This document shows positions 23,940 through 33,064 of a stretch of DNA of 64,000 nucleotides, in pieces; positions within the stretch are counted from its first letter, which is position 1; the number at the start of each line of letters is the position of its first letter. The stretch comes from an uncultured cyanobacterium. GTDB taxonomy: Bacteria > Cyanobacteriota > Cyanobacteriia > Cyanobacteriales > Nostocaceae. The notes under the pieces were generated by a model. That model saw only the letters and a list, made by a program, of their open reading frames with translations. It searched no databases and was not told the origin of the DNA. A program made the position numbers and the translations under genes. The stretch is from contig CAVUDP010000004.1 in assembly GCA_963740315.1 (NCBI GenBank), forward strand, positions 800,001 to 864,000. The letters are read 5' to 3'.

Positions 23940-25082
23940 ATGAGAATCAGTGATAAAAAACGCTCTACTCAATTATTACGGCTGCAATTTGCAAGTATAG
24001 TTATCGGAGTTGCGTTAACATTTACTTCAATTGGTTTAATTTTATTTAGACAACAAAATTCCGATAATACCGAACAAGCTACCAAAGTAGATCGATCTAC
24101 TCCCTTGCGATCGCCACCCACAGCATCAGCTTCACCTGTTAAATTATCAGATAGTATAGATCCTTCAAAATTAACATATAATATTACAACTTCTTCTAAA
24201 TTTACTCAAAGTAAAGAGCTACAAAACATTGTTGATGAAGTTGTTAAATTGACTAAAGATAAAAAACTTCCAACTCAGCCACTATCAATTACATTAATTG
24301 ACATAAAAACCGGCAAAATGGGAGGATATCAGCAAGAAAAACTTAGATATCCAGCAAGTGTAGTTAAATTATTTTGGATGGTTTACCTTTACGCTCAAAT
24401 AGAAAAGGGTATTTTGTCGGAAGCAGATTTTACGGAATATCTAGATGAAATGGTTAAAAAATCTGATAATGAAGCTGCTAGTAAAATACTCGATAAAATT
24501 ACTAAAACGCAATATCAAGAAGATATTCAAGAAGAATATAAAATCTGGAAAAATAAAAGATTGCAAGTTAATCAATATTTTCAGCAAGCAGGATATAACG
24601 ATATAAACGTAAGCCAAAAAACATTTCCAATTCCATATTTAAACCTTTCTAAACCAGAGGGTTCAGAATTAATATTACGAGATAATCCTCAAAAGCCGAT
24701 TCGCAATAAAATCTCAACTCAACAGGTTGCCAGGTTATTGAATGAAATTTATACGAATCAGTCTATATCATCGATTTACAGCCAAAAAATGGCACAGTTA
24801 TTAACAATAGATTCCGAAACTAGGAATATAAAAAAAGACGATAAAAATCCGAATGAATTCAATCCCGTAAGAGGTTTTTTAAGCGAATCTTTGCCAAGTA
24901 ATGTTCAGTTTATGGGTAAAGCAGGTTGGACTTCTGACACCCGTAATGATGCTGCAATTATCGCTACACCGGATGGAACAGCTTATATCTTAGTAGTATT
25001 TGCTGATGATAGTTCTTACGCATACGATTGGAATATATTTCCTAGTATTTCAGAATTAGTATTTAACCGCATGACTAATTAA
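23940..25082 (+). CDS. class A beta-lactamase-like / PBP-like serine hydrolase, membrane-anchored
   Basis: YPASVVKLF (SxxK), SDN, GKAGW (KTG-like), RNDAAII; N-terminal TM. Confidence 0.85.
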   Translation: MRISDKKRSTQLLRLQFASIVIGVALTFTSIGLILFRQQNSDNTEQATKVDRSTPLRSPPTASASPVKLSDSIDPSKLTYNITTSSKFTQSKELQNIVDEVVKLTKDKKLPTQPLSITLIDIKTGKMGGYQQEKLRYPASVVKLFWMVYLYAQIEKGILSEADFTEYLDEMVKKSDNEAASKILDKITKTQYQEDIQEEYKIWKNKRLQVNQYFQQAGYNDINVSQKTFPIPYLNLSKPEGSELILRDNPQKPIRNKISTQQVARLLNEIYTNQSISSIYSQKMAQLLTIDSETRNIKKDDKNPNEFNPVRGFLSESLPSNVQFMGKAGWTSDTRNDAAIIATPDGTAYILVVFADDSSYAYDWNIFPSISELVFNRMTN

Positions 25083-25113
25083 TAATAAAATTTAGATTCA
25101 ACTTATATTCAAT

Positions 25114-25147
25114 GTAGGGTGCGTTACGCTAGGGGCTAACGCACCAT
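25114..25147 (+). repeat. GTAG-type REP-like hairpin
   Basis: GTAGGGTGCGTTA-cgctaggggc-TAACGCACCAT between convergent genes. Confidence 0.75.
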
Positions 25148-25183
25148 TTATTATGATAAACTACCTTTTATTAATTAACATTA

Positions 25184-26014
25184 TTAATTAAGCAATTTCT
25201 CTACAACAGAAATTATATGAGTTCCCATATCCAAACAACCTTTTTCTCGACTAGCTTCTAATTCCATTCTTAATAATTCTTGCCATTTTGCAGCATCTTG
25301 TCTTATCTCTACAAGTCTTTCTCCCCAAGCAGCAGATAAACTATTAGAAGCTGATATTGCTAGAATTTGTGTGTGATTTTTTTCTAAAAATTCAATTAAC
25401 TCTTGAGCGCGAAATAAGTGACAACGCTGTCTTGCAGTCTGGTCAATTTCCGGAGATAAATCACCTGTTTCAGTAATTTTGATATTATTTTCTGGCGGAA
25501 CTTTTAGGGTACCAGGTAGAAATTCATGAATGCTACCCCATAAACTCATCACGCTGATTAAAGCTTTTCCTTTGGGTTTGAGAACTCGTAATATTTCCTG
25601 TAAAGCAATATCTCTTTTGTCAAAAACATAACTCAAAGGACCACCGTAACAAACTACAGCGTCAAATTGATTATTTTTTAACTGCTTCATGTCACACATA
25701 TCTAATCGCAGCCAATCTTTGATACCGTGTTTAAAATTAAACTCTTCGGCATATTTTTTATTTAGAGTTAATTGATTTTCTGAAATATCCGCAACAAGAA
25801 CTTTTGCACCTAAATTTACCAGAATTTGACTAAATCTCCCCGCACCAGCACCAATTTCTAAAACATAGTCGCCACTGCGGATATATTCTTTTAAATAATG
25901 AGTATGAATAAACAGCTTTACTTCTTGAGTTGGTGTTTTAACCAAACGTTCCCACTCTTTTTCGTTGTAATCATCAAAGAAATTTGCAACCCATTGGGGA
26001 TTATATTCATGCAT
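25184..26014 (-). CDS. class I SAM-dependent methyltransferase
   Basis: VLEIGAGAGRF, ADIS, FDAVV, RVLKPKG. Confidence 0.9.
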   Translation of the reverse strand: MHEYNPQWVANFFDDYNEKEWERLVKTPTQEVKLFIHTHYLKEYIRSGDYVLEIGAGAGRFSQILVNLGAKVLVADISENQLTLNKKYAEEFNFKHGIKDWLRLDMCDMKQLKNNQFDAVVCYGGPLSYVFDKRDIALQEILRVLKPKGKALISVMSLWGSIHEFLPGTLKVPPENNIKITETGDLSPEIDQTARQRCHLFRAQELIEFLEKNHTQILAISASNSLSAAWGERLVEIRQDAAKWQELLRMELEASREKGCLDMGTHIISVVEKLLN

Positions 26015-26164
26015 AATGATAAATAACTGAAATGATCAAAAAGAAACTGGATACAAGCTAGTAGGATTCATCCATAGAGAAACAAAAAACTATATCATTA
26101 TTTTAAACCCTTGACTTTAAACATAGAGTCAATCCAAAATCTAAAATTTAAAATCCAAAATTAA

Positions 26165-27223
26165 ATGACTAGCTTATTCCGTGCTGAAGTTGATGCAATG
26201 ACTGGCTATATCCCTGGGGAACAGCCAAAATCGGATAGTAGAATTATTAAACTTAACAGCAACGAAAATCCTTATCCTCCTTCCCCAAAAGTAAAGGATG
26301 TATTGCAAAATTTTGATTGGGAATGGTTGCGACGATATCCGGATGCTTCAGCTACCGATTTTCGTAATGCTGTTAGTGAAACTTTGGATATTCCTGCTGA
26401 TTGGATAATTGTCGGTAACGGTAGCGATGAAGTTTTGAATTTAGTAATTCGGGCTTGTACCGATGTTAGTAGAAAAGTTGTTTATCCCATGCCTACTTAC
26501 GTGCTTTACCGCACCTTGGTAGAAATGCAGCCAGCCCAGACGGTAGAAATTGATTATCCCGAAGATTATAAATTACCGATAGAAGAATTAGTAAAAGTCG
26601 ATGGTGCGGTAACATTTATAGCTACTCCTAATAGCCCGTCGGGACATATTGTACCAGTAGAAGATTTACGAGAATTAGCATCAAGATTATCTGGTGTTTT
26701 GGTTATTGATGAAGCTTATTGTGATTTTGCTTATGGTGATGCTTTGTCAGTGGTAAAAGAGTTTGAAAATGTGATTTCTATTCGTACTTTGTCGAAGGGA
26801 TATTCACTGGCGGGGATTAGATTGGGGTTTGGAATTGCCAATCCAAAATTACTGCAAGGTTTGTATAAAATCAAAGATAGCTACAACATTGATGCTATAG
26901 CTTGTGCGATCGGTGCTGCTGCAATGCGCGACCAAGATTATAAAAATAGTTGTGCCCAAAAGGTTAAAATATCGCGGGGAAAGCTGTCGGAAGATTTAAG
27001 AAAATTAGGTTTTAAGGTTTGGGATTCTCAGACGAATTTCTTATTAGTGCAGCCACCTCAAGGGAATGCGGAATATTTGTATTTAAAGTTGAAAGAGCAA
27101 GGTATTTTGATTCGATATTTTAAGCAGGAAGGGTTAGAAGATAAGTTACGGATTGCTATTGGTACGGATGAGGAGAATCAAGTGTTAGTTGAGGCTTTGG
27201 GTGGGTTGATGGAGGTAAATTAA
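26165..27223 (+). CDS. hisC: histidinol-phosphate aminotransferase
   Basis: YIPGEQP, KLNSNENPY, RYPD, GNGSDE, DEAY, RTLSKGYSLAGIRLG. Confidence 0.93.
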   Translation: MTSLFRAEVDAMTGYIPGEQPKSDSRIIKLNSNENPYPPSPKVKDVLQNFDWEWLRRYPDASATDFRNAVSETLDIPADWIIVGNGSDEVLNLVIRACTDVSRKVVYPMPTYVLYRTLVEMQPAQTVEIDYPEDYKLPIEELVKVDGAVTFIATPNSPSGHIVPVEDLRELASRLSGVLVIDEAYCDFAYGDALSVVKEFENVISIRTLSKGYSLAGIRLGFGIANPKLLQGLYKIKDSYNIDAIACAIGAAAMRDQDYKNSCAQKVKISRGKLSEDLRKLGFKVWDSQTNFLLVQPPQGNAEYLYLKLKEQGILIRYFKQEGLEDKLRIAIGTDEENQVLVEALGGLMEVN

Positions 27224-27270
27224 AGATTTTAACGCAGAGTAACGCGGAGGTTTAACTAGAGTTTATTAAC

Positions 27271-28143
27271 ATGAGTAAAAATAGACAACAACGTGCGGCG
27301 ATCGCACAAGAAACCATCGATATTTTAAAGAAAGGTTTTTACCAAAATCAGCAAGAAGAAACTATTTATATTCAAGAATATCTACTAGCTGCAATAGAAA
27401 ATTCAATTCATTATTCTGAAGACGATTTTTCATCAGTATTTTCTCAATTAAATCAAAAGCAACTTAGAGAAAATCCAAATTCAATACAGTTTGAAGTAAA
27501 CAACGAAACTACTCTTAATGCTGCTAGTCGGTTAGTGAATCAAGAAGCCTTTGAAGAAAAAAAAGCAAAAGCATTATGTTTAAACTTCGCTTCTGCAAAA
27601 AATCCCGGTGGTGGATTTCTTAATGGCTCTCAAGCACAGGAAGAAAGTTTAGCTAGAGCAACCGGGCTTTATCTTTGTATTTCTCAAATGATGAAAATGT
27701 ATGAGGAAAACAGAAATTACAGTTCGTGTCTCTACCTGGATGATATGATTTATTCGCCACAAGTGCCGGTTATTAGAAATGATAATGATCAATTGTTGGA
27801 TAAACCATTTTTAATTTCGATTTTGACGGTACCTGCTGTTAATGCTGGCGCAGTAATAAAAAATGGTAATAAGCGAGAAATCAATCAAATTGAAAGTACG
27901 ATGTTGCGACGTATAGAAAAGTTGTTATCGGTTGCAGCAGTAAATAATTACAAAGTTTTGGTTTTGGGTGCTTGGGGATGTGGTGTATTTAAAAATAATC
28001 CCGATGATGTAGCTAGATATTTTCATCATCATCTTGTAGAAAATCCAAAATTTAGCGGTTTGTTTGAAAAGGTTGTGTTTGCGGTTTTAGATAATACTAA
28101 AGATGAAAGCGTTATTGATGCGTTTAGGGAAAGATTTTCATAA
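27271..28143 (+). CDS. TIGR02452 family macrodomain protein (bacterial PARG-type ADP-ribose glycohydrolase)
   Basis: LNFASAKNPGGGFLNGSQAQEESL (GGG-x6-QEE) and LGAWGCGVF. Confidence 0.9.
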   Translation: MSKNRQQRAAIAQETIDILKKGFYQNQQEETIYIQEYLLAAIENSIHYSEDDFSSVFSQLNQKQLRENPNSIQFEVNNETTLNAASRLVNQEAFEEKKAKALCLNFASAKNPGGGFLNGSQAQEESLARATGLYLCISQMMKMYEENRNYSSCLYLDDMIYSPQVPVIRNDNDQLLDKPFLISILTVPAVNAGAVIKNGNKREINQIESTMLRRIEKLLSVAAVNNYKVLVLGAWGCGVFKNNPDDVARYFHHHLVENPKFSGLFEKVVFAVLDNTKDESVIDAFRERFS

Positions 28144-28202
28144 GTAGCCCCACCCTTCTAGGGTGTGGGCGTTTGTTTTACCAATCCCCAATCCCCAATC
28201 CC

Positions 28203-30071
28203 CTATTTAAATTTAATCAACTGATATTTTTGTACTTCACCAATAACTTGATGGGATTGGGATATCTCTGAAGCTTGTTTTTTAGGTATCCAAGCGTAGC
28301 TAGAAGCGGTAAGTTGAGATTTATTTACTCGTTTTCCATGTTTTGGCGTGTAAAAATTGATCAAGACTCCAGTTTTACCGCCAACTTCAACGAAATTGAT
28401 GGGATGATTTTGCAAAATTTGACTGATTTCTGGCTGTTGTAAAAATGCTTGGAAATCAGGATTATAGTTACTTAATAAACCCAGATTACTTGTTACCGCT
28501 AAACTTAACCAAGCTGAAATTAACCAAGCACCTATCCAATAACGTGCAGTAATTAACTTCTTACCAAAACGACAGCGAGCAATCCAAATCAAAGGTAAAC
28601 TCAACCAACTCAAGCCTAATGCTAAACCAACAATTGCATAATTACGGATTTCGCCATCACGATCGCTGATGAAGAAAACAACCGTACCCCCTAATAAAAG
28701 TAGAATAGCCAGGGCAGCAAAAGTATAGTTTAAAGTTTTTAGAATACGAGTTGGTGATAAATTTATAGAGGGATTATTAAATATAGAAAATATAGAAAAT
28801 ATAGAAATATTTCGTATTTTTAATTCTTCATTGTCTGTATCCCAAATTTTACCCAACCAACTTAAACCTACCGCCGCAAGTAAAGCAATAAAAGGATATA
28901 AACAAAGACTGTAATGAGATAAGCGAGTCGAAAAAACACTAAGTTCAATAAATAGAATCAGTGGAAAACCTATTAATATTGAAACATCTCTTAAATATTT
29001 TAATTCATCTTTTTTTGTAGTGCGAGCATCTTGCTCGCTATTTTCACTAATATATTTTTTGCTATTTTGATTACGATGTTCCTCGCTATTGTTACTAATA
29101 TATTTTCCGCTATTTTTACTAATATATTGCAAGCTTTGATAATTAGAAGTGTAAACCTCTTCTTTTCGTTTAAAATTATATTCACATAAAAAATTACGAA
29201 TTAATAAACCCGTACCTAAAAAACTAAATAATGACCAGGGAAAAGCTAAAATAGGAACATTCCAAAAATAATAAGTCCAGTTGTTATTACGACGTTCCTT
29301 TGAACTAAGTTTGGTAACAAAATTTATTAACTCTGCAAAACTATCGCCGCCAAAGCGTAAAGAACTAAGTCTTAACCAAATGATAGTCGGTGCTAATCCC
29401 AATAAAAAACCCAGATATAACATTGGGTTTGCTAAATGATTGTGACGACGATGCTGTAATATTAAATAAGGCGATAAAGCTACTATCGGAATAAAAATCA
29501 TGAAGCTTCTGATTAAAAAGCCAAAAGAAAAACTACAGCCAGCGATCAAACCCCAAATATAGCGATGCCGGGGGTTTAATTCTGCTTTTAATAAAGACAA
29601 AATTCCTAAAAGTACCAAAAAAACCATTGGTACATCTGGAGTTCCTAAACGAGAATATTGCAGCCAAAGAAACTCCACACTTAAAATAGCAGCGGCAAGC
29701 CAAGCAACTTTTTTATTTAATAATATTTTGCCAATTTCATAAACTAGTAATACGTTCAAAATTCCTAAAATCATATTTGGTAAGCGAACGCTAATTTCAC
29801 TAATCCCAAACAAACTATAAGAAACGGCAATTAACCAATAAAAACCCGGTGTTTTATGATGGGGACTTTCCCAAGGATTTATCCAGTCTCCCGAATCGTA
29901 CATCAAGCGCGATCGCCAAGCGTAAAGTCCCTCATCGTGAGCCATCAGACTGCTATTTCCTATACCTAATAGCAATAGCGGAAGCATCCAAACTAATAAA
30001 CTTAAATAAGGGAAACCCGCCCAAGTTACAAAATTTCGTTTAATAAGAGAAAACTTTAGTTTGGATGACAT
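28203..30071 (-). CDS. ArnT/PMT-family (GT-C fold) membrane glycosyltransferase
   Basis: AHDEGLY, KTPGFYW, VRLP, PDVP; many TM helices. Confidence 0.88.
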   Translation of the reverse strand: MSSKLKFSLIKRNFVTWAGFPYLSLLVWMLPLLLLGIGNSSLMAHDEGLYAWRSRLMYDSGDWINPWESPHHKTPGFYWLIAVSYSLFGISEISVRLPNMILGILNVLLVYEIGKILLNKKVAWLAAAILSVEFLWLQYSRLGTPDVPMVFLVLLGILSLLKAELNPRHRYIWGLIAGCSFSFGFLIRSFMIFIPIVALSPYLILQHRRHNHLANPMLYLGFLLGLAPTIIWLRLSSLRFGGDSFAELINFVTKLSSKERRNNNWTYYFWNVPILAFPWSLFSFLGTGLLIRNFLCEYNFKRKEEVYTSNYQSLQYISKNSGKYISNNSEEHRNQNSKKYISENSEQDARTTKKDELKYLRDVSILIGFPLILFIELSVFSTRLSHYSLCLYPFIALLAAVGLSWLGKIWDTDNEELKIRNISIFSIFSIFNNPSINLSPTRILKTLNYTFAALAILLLLGGTVVFFISDRDGEIRNYAIVGLALGLSWLSLPLIWIARCRFGKKLITARYWIGAWLISAWLSLAVTSNLGLLSNYNPDFQAFLQQPEISQILQNHPINFVEVGGKTGVLINFYTPKHGKRVNKSQLTASSYAWIPKKQASEISQSHQVIGEVQKYQLIKFK

Positions 30072-30168
30072 TTGATTAATAAAAATTGCAAATTACCGAC
30101 TTAACTAATTAATTGTTAAATCACTTTTTAAAGTTGTAAATTGGTATACAAAATGTACCATATTTATA

Positions 30169-30352
30169 CAGTGAGCAGTGAGCAGTGAGCAGTGAGCAGT
30201 TATTAGTTGAGTGTTAGCGAGTGTCTGAAGGACATGCATCTTGCGATCTTTTTACGACCAGCGAGCGAGACGCTCGCACTACCCAAACCCTTCATAATTA
30301 ATGTGGTGGAATACTGGTTACTGATAACTGCTCACTGCTCACTGATAACTGA
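30169..30352. repeat. inverted heptamer arrays (CAGTGAG)n ... (CTCACTG/CTGATAA)n enclosing a small palindrome
   Basis: Visible arrays; internal GCGAGCGAGACGCTCGC palindrome at about 30261-30277. Confidence 0.8.
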
Positions 30353-30367
30353 TTTAAGGGGGATTTT

Positions 30368-31012
30368 ATGATGCTTCGACCAAATGAACGTATTAAGTTG
30401 GATGATACAGATGATAATGTATTTTACGGGCTTCCCCGTTTTGTTACCCATGTAGATGATGGGTTTATTCAACAGCTTACAGATTTATATCGGCAACGTC
30501 TCAAACCCAATACGCGCATTTTTGACATGATGAGTAGCTGGGTTTCCCATTTACCGGAGGAAATGCAGTTCAGTTACGTTGAGGGGCACGGAATGAACGA
30601 AGAAGAATTAGCACGTAATCCCCGTTTTGACCATTACTTTATCCAAAATCTTAACGAAAATCCTAAATTACCACTAAAAGACCAAGAATTTGATGCCGTT
30701 CTTAATTGTGTTTCCGTACAATATTTACAGTATCCGGAAGCAATATTTACCGAAATTCACCGCATTCTAAAACCCGGTGGTATGGCAATTTTCAGCTTTT
30801 CTAACAGAATGTTTTACCAAAAAGCAATTCAAGCATGGCGCGATAGTAGCGAAGCCGGAAGAGTCGAATTAGTCAAAAGTTATTTTCAATCGGTTCCCGG
30901 ATTTACTCCTCCAGAGGTAATCATGAATCAATCTTCATTACCAAATTTCCTCCAGTGGTTAGGTGCGGGAAACGGCGACCCATTTTATGCTGTTATAGCT
31001 CATCGAATTTAA
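30368..31012 (+). CDS. class I SAM-dependent methyltransferase (type 11-like)
   Basis: PRFVTHVD, DMMSSWVSHLP, FDAVL, LKPGG, FSNR. Confidence 0.88.
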   Translation: MMLRPNERIKLDDTDDNVFYGLPRFVTHVDDGFIQQLTDLYRQRLKPNTRIFDMMSSWVSHLPEEMQFSYVEGHGMNEEELARNPRFDHYFIQNLNENPKLPLKDQEFDAVLNCVSVQYLQYPEAIFTEIHRILKPGGMAIFSFSNRMFYQKAIQAWRDSSEAGRVELVKSYFQSVPGFTPPEVIMNQSSLPNFLQWLGAGNGDPFYAVIAHRI

Positions 31013-31244
31013 CAGTTAATAAAAAAAGTCTGTATGTTAAAGGTTAAAGGTCAAAGAAAAGATATGAAACCTTTGAATATTGACTGCTTTTCCTATCTCG
31101 TCAAGAAGTTTAACTGTTGATTAACATACTTAAAAGTTATCAAAAAGAAATTTTTGTTAATTGACAAATGAAGTATAAAGGATGAGTTGTAAAGTATAAA
31201 TTGTTAATCCTTTATACTTTATTCGGTCAAATCTAAATTAGGAG

Positions 31245-31766
31245 TTGAAGATGAATTTTCCCCGCGTGCGTAGTATATTAGCTGCTTTGGTACTTTCGAT
31301 ATTACTGCTGACAACAGCCTGTGCCCAAAAAGCACCCGGACGTTTCGATCAGGTACAGCAGGAAAGCAGCCAGCAGAAAAGAGGACAAGCGGTTGCTAAA
31401 GATTCTACCCAAGGTAGTGAGTTTAATAAATTCTTCCCATCTGCATCAGATGGTTATCAACGAGTTTTCACTCAAGAGAAAAAAGGTTTTGCTGAAGCGA
31501 AGCTGAAACAAGACGGTAAAGATGTAGCGGTAATGGCAATTTCCGATACTACTAGCCTACCCACAGCAGCAGCTAAATTTGCTAATAGCACCAAAAAAAT
31601 CTCTGGTTATCCAGCGGTGGAAGTTGGAAGCACCCAAACAGCGGTTTTAGTGGACGATCGCTATCAAGTAAAAGTATTGTCCCGCAGTCCAGCATTTACA
31701 GCTAGCGATCGCGAAGCTTGGTTGAAGAAATTTGACCTTAGTGGTTTATCGCGTGTGAAAGCTTAA
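31245..31766 (+). CDS. hypothetical lipoprotein
   Basis: Signal peptide with lipobox LTTA-C; GGAG RBS upstream. Confidence 0.8.
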   Translation: MKMNFPRVRSILAALVLSILLLTTACAQKAPGRFDQVQQESSQQKRGQAVAKDSTQGSEFNKFFPSASDGYQRVFTQEKKGFAEAKLKQDGKDVAVMAISDTTSLPTAAAKFANSTKKISGYPAVEVGSTQTAVLVDDRYQVKVLSRSPAFTASDREAWLKKFDLSGLSRVKA

Positions 31767-31816
31767 GAACGTTGTTAGCGGTTAGTTGTTAGTGGCTTAA
31801 ATAATTCCTAACTGCT

Positions 31817-31845
31817 GTACAGACGTAGCAATGCTACGTCTCTAC
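31817..31845. repeat. GTAGAGACG-family REP-like palindrome (also 44458-44483, 44686-44712, 44774-44803, 58766-58791)
   Basis: AGACGTAGCA-n-TGCTACGTCT in four copies; the copy at 44774 has a variant core (GAGACGCGATATATCGCGTCTC). Confidence 0.85.
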
Positions 31846-31904
31846 AATTTCTAACTAAAACTTACCTTCCCAGCAAAAAGTAAATAATCAAGGAGCCTAC
31901 TACC

Positions 31905-32795
31905 GTGAGCAAAGCTATTTTTGAATTGGTTGATGAACTACCAACTAGCGGTTTAACCGTTTCAGCGCTAAATTCGCTCGATTCTATAACTCCAGGGCAT
32001 TGGAAAAATACAGTCGGTTTTGTCAATACGATTAAAGAAGTAACAGCCGAAACCGATGAAAGTATGATACAAGCGATCGGCGAACGCGCAATTACTCTTT
32101 ACAACGATCGTTCCCAAGGATATCAAAAAGGTTTATGGCTGTACCAAACTGTTGACAGTACCGATAAAGCTTTGGGTGCGGCAGCTTTAGCAAACAAAGT
32201 TAGTGGAAAAATTCCTTTAATTGGAGGTTTATTAAACAGATTTACTCCCAAAGCTGATAAAGCACAAACTATTGATTTATCTTTGAAATTAATCGCCGAG
32301 TTGCTAGCTTTTTGCAGCATCAACGGTATTCCTGGAGATAGCATTGGCGATTTTGTCGCTTCTTTGGGTGAATACTCCGGTGAATCCTATATCCGGATGT
32401 TAGGACTTGTCTGCTTCGATGGTTTGATTCCTCTAGGTCCCGATTTTATTCAACAAGCACAATCTGCACTTAATGGAATGAGTCCTAAAGAATTGGAAGA
32501 CAACTCCACATTCCAGCAGATGAACGATGAGATTCCCGGTAGCAGTTCTGAAGGTAAACTTAACTTTATCGGTTCCAGTTTTGATTCTGTAAAAGGCTGG
32601 ATGAGTAACACCGTATCCAAAAATGATTTAACTCCTCAAAAAGTTTCAAGTAAGTTGAACAATTTTGTTGATTTCGCCGATGATAAGTTAGATTATCTCG
32701 CCGCTTTCCTCGATGTCAGCACCAACTATTTTGAGCATACAGGTACGCAAACCCTTGCCAAAAGATTAATTGAGCGGGCTGTAGCTGAAATTTAG
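31905..32795 (+). CDS. hypothetical protein
   Basis: 296 aa ORF, GTG start with AAGGAG RBS, followed by a terminator-like hairpin. Confidence 0.8.
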   Translation: MSKAIFELVDELPTSGLTVSALNSLDSITPGHWKNTVGFVNTIKEVTAETDESMIQAIGERAITLYNDRSQGYQKGLWLYQTVDSTDKALGAAALANKVSGKIPLIGGLLNRFTPKADKAQTIDLSLKLIAELLAFCSINGIPGDSIGDFVASLGEYSGESYIRMLGLVCFDGLIPLGPDFIQQAQSALNGMSPKELEDNSTFQQMNDEIPGSSSEGKLNFIGSSFDSVKGWMSNTVSKNDLTPQKVSSKLNNFVDFADDKLDYLAAFLDVSTNYFEHTGTQTLAKRLIERAVAEI

Positions 32796-32835
32796 CTTCA
32801 GGATTTACCCAGCGACAACAGAAAATATTCCCCCA

Positions 32836-32866
32836 ACCTCCCTTTAATAAAGGGGGGCTTTTTTTT
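32836..32866 (+). terminator. intrinsic terminator-like hairpin
   Basis: CCTCCCTTTA-a-TAAAGGGGGG followed by a T8 run. Confidence 0.65.
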
Positions 32867-33064
32867 GGTAGTTGCTAATAATTATTATTACCGATTCGCT
32901 TTTATTAAATTCCAATTATCAACATAAATAAAATTCTTTTTAAAAAGTAAAAAAATAAGCATTTAATAACCTAATAATTGTTTGATTTCTGCTCTCAAAA
33001 TGTAACAGTAAATCGATATGATAATTTGATTCAGCTTTGCTAGGAAACAATTAAATTCATCCTG

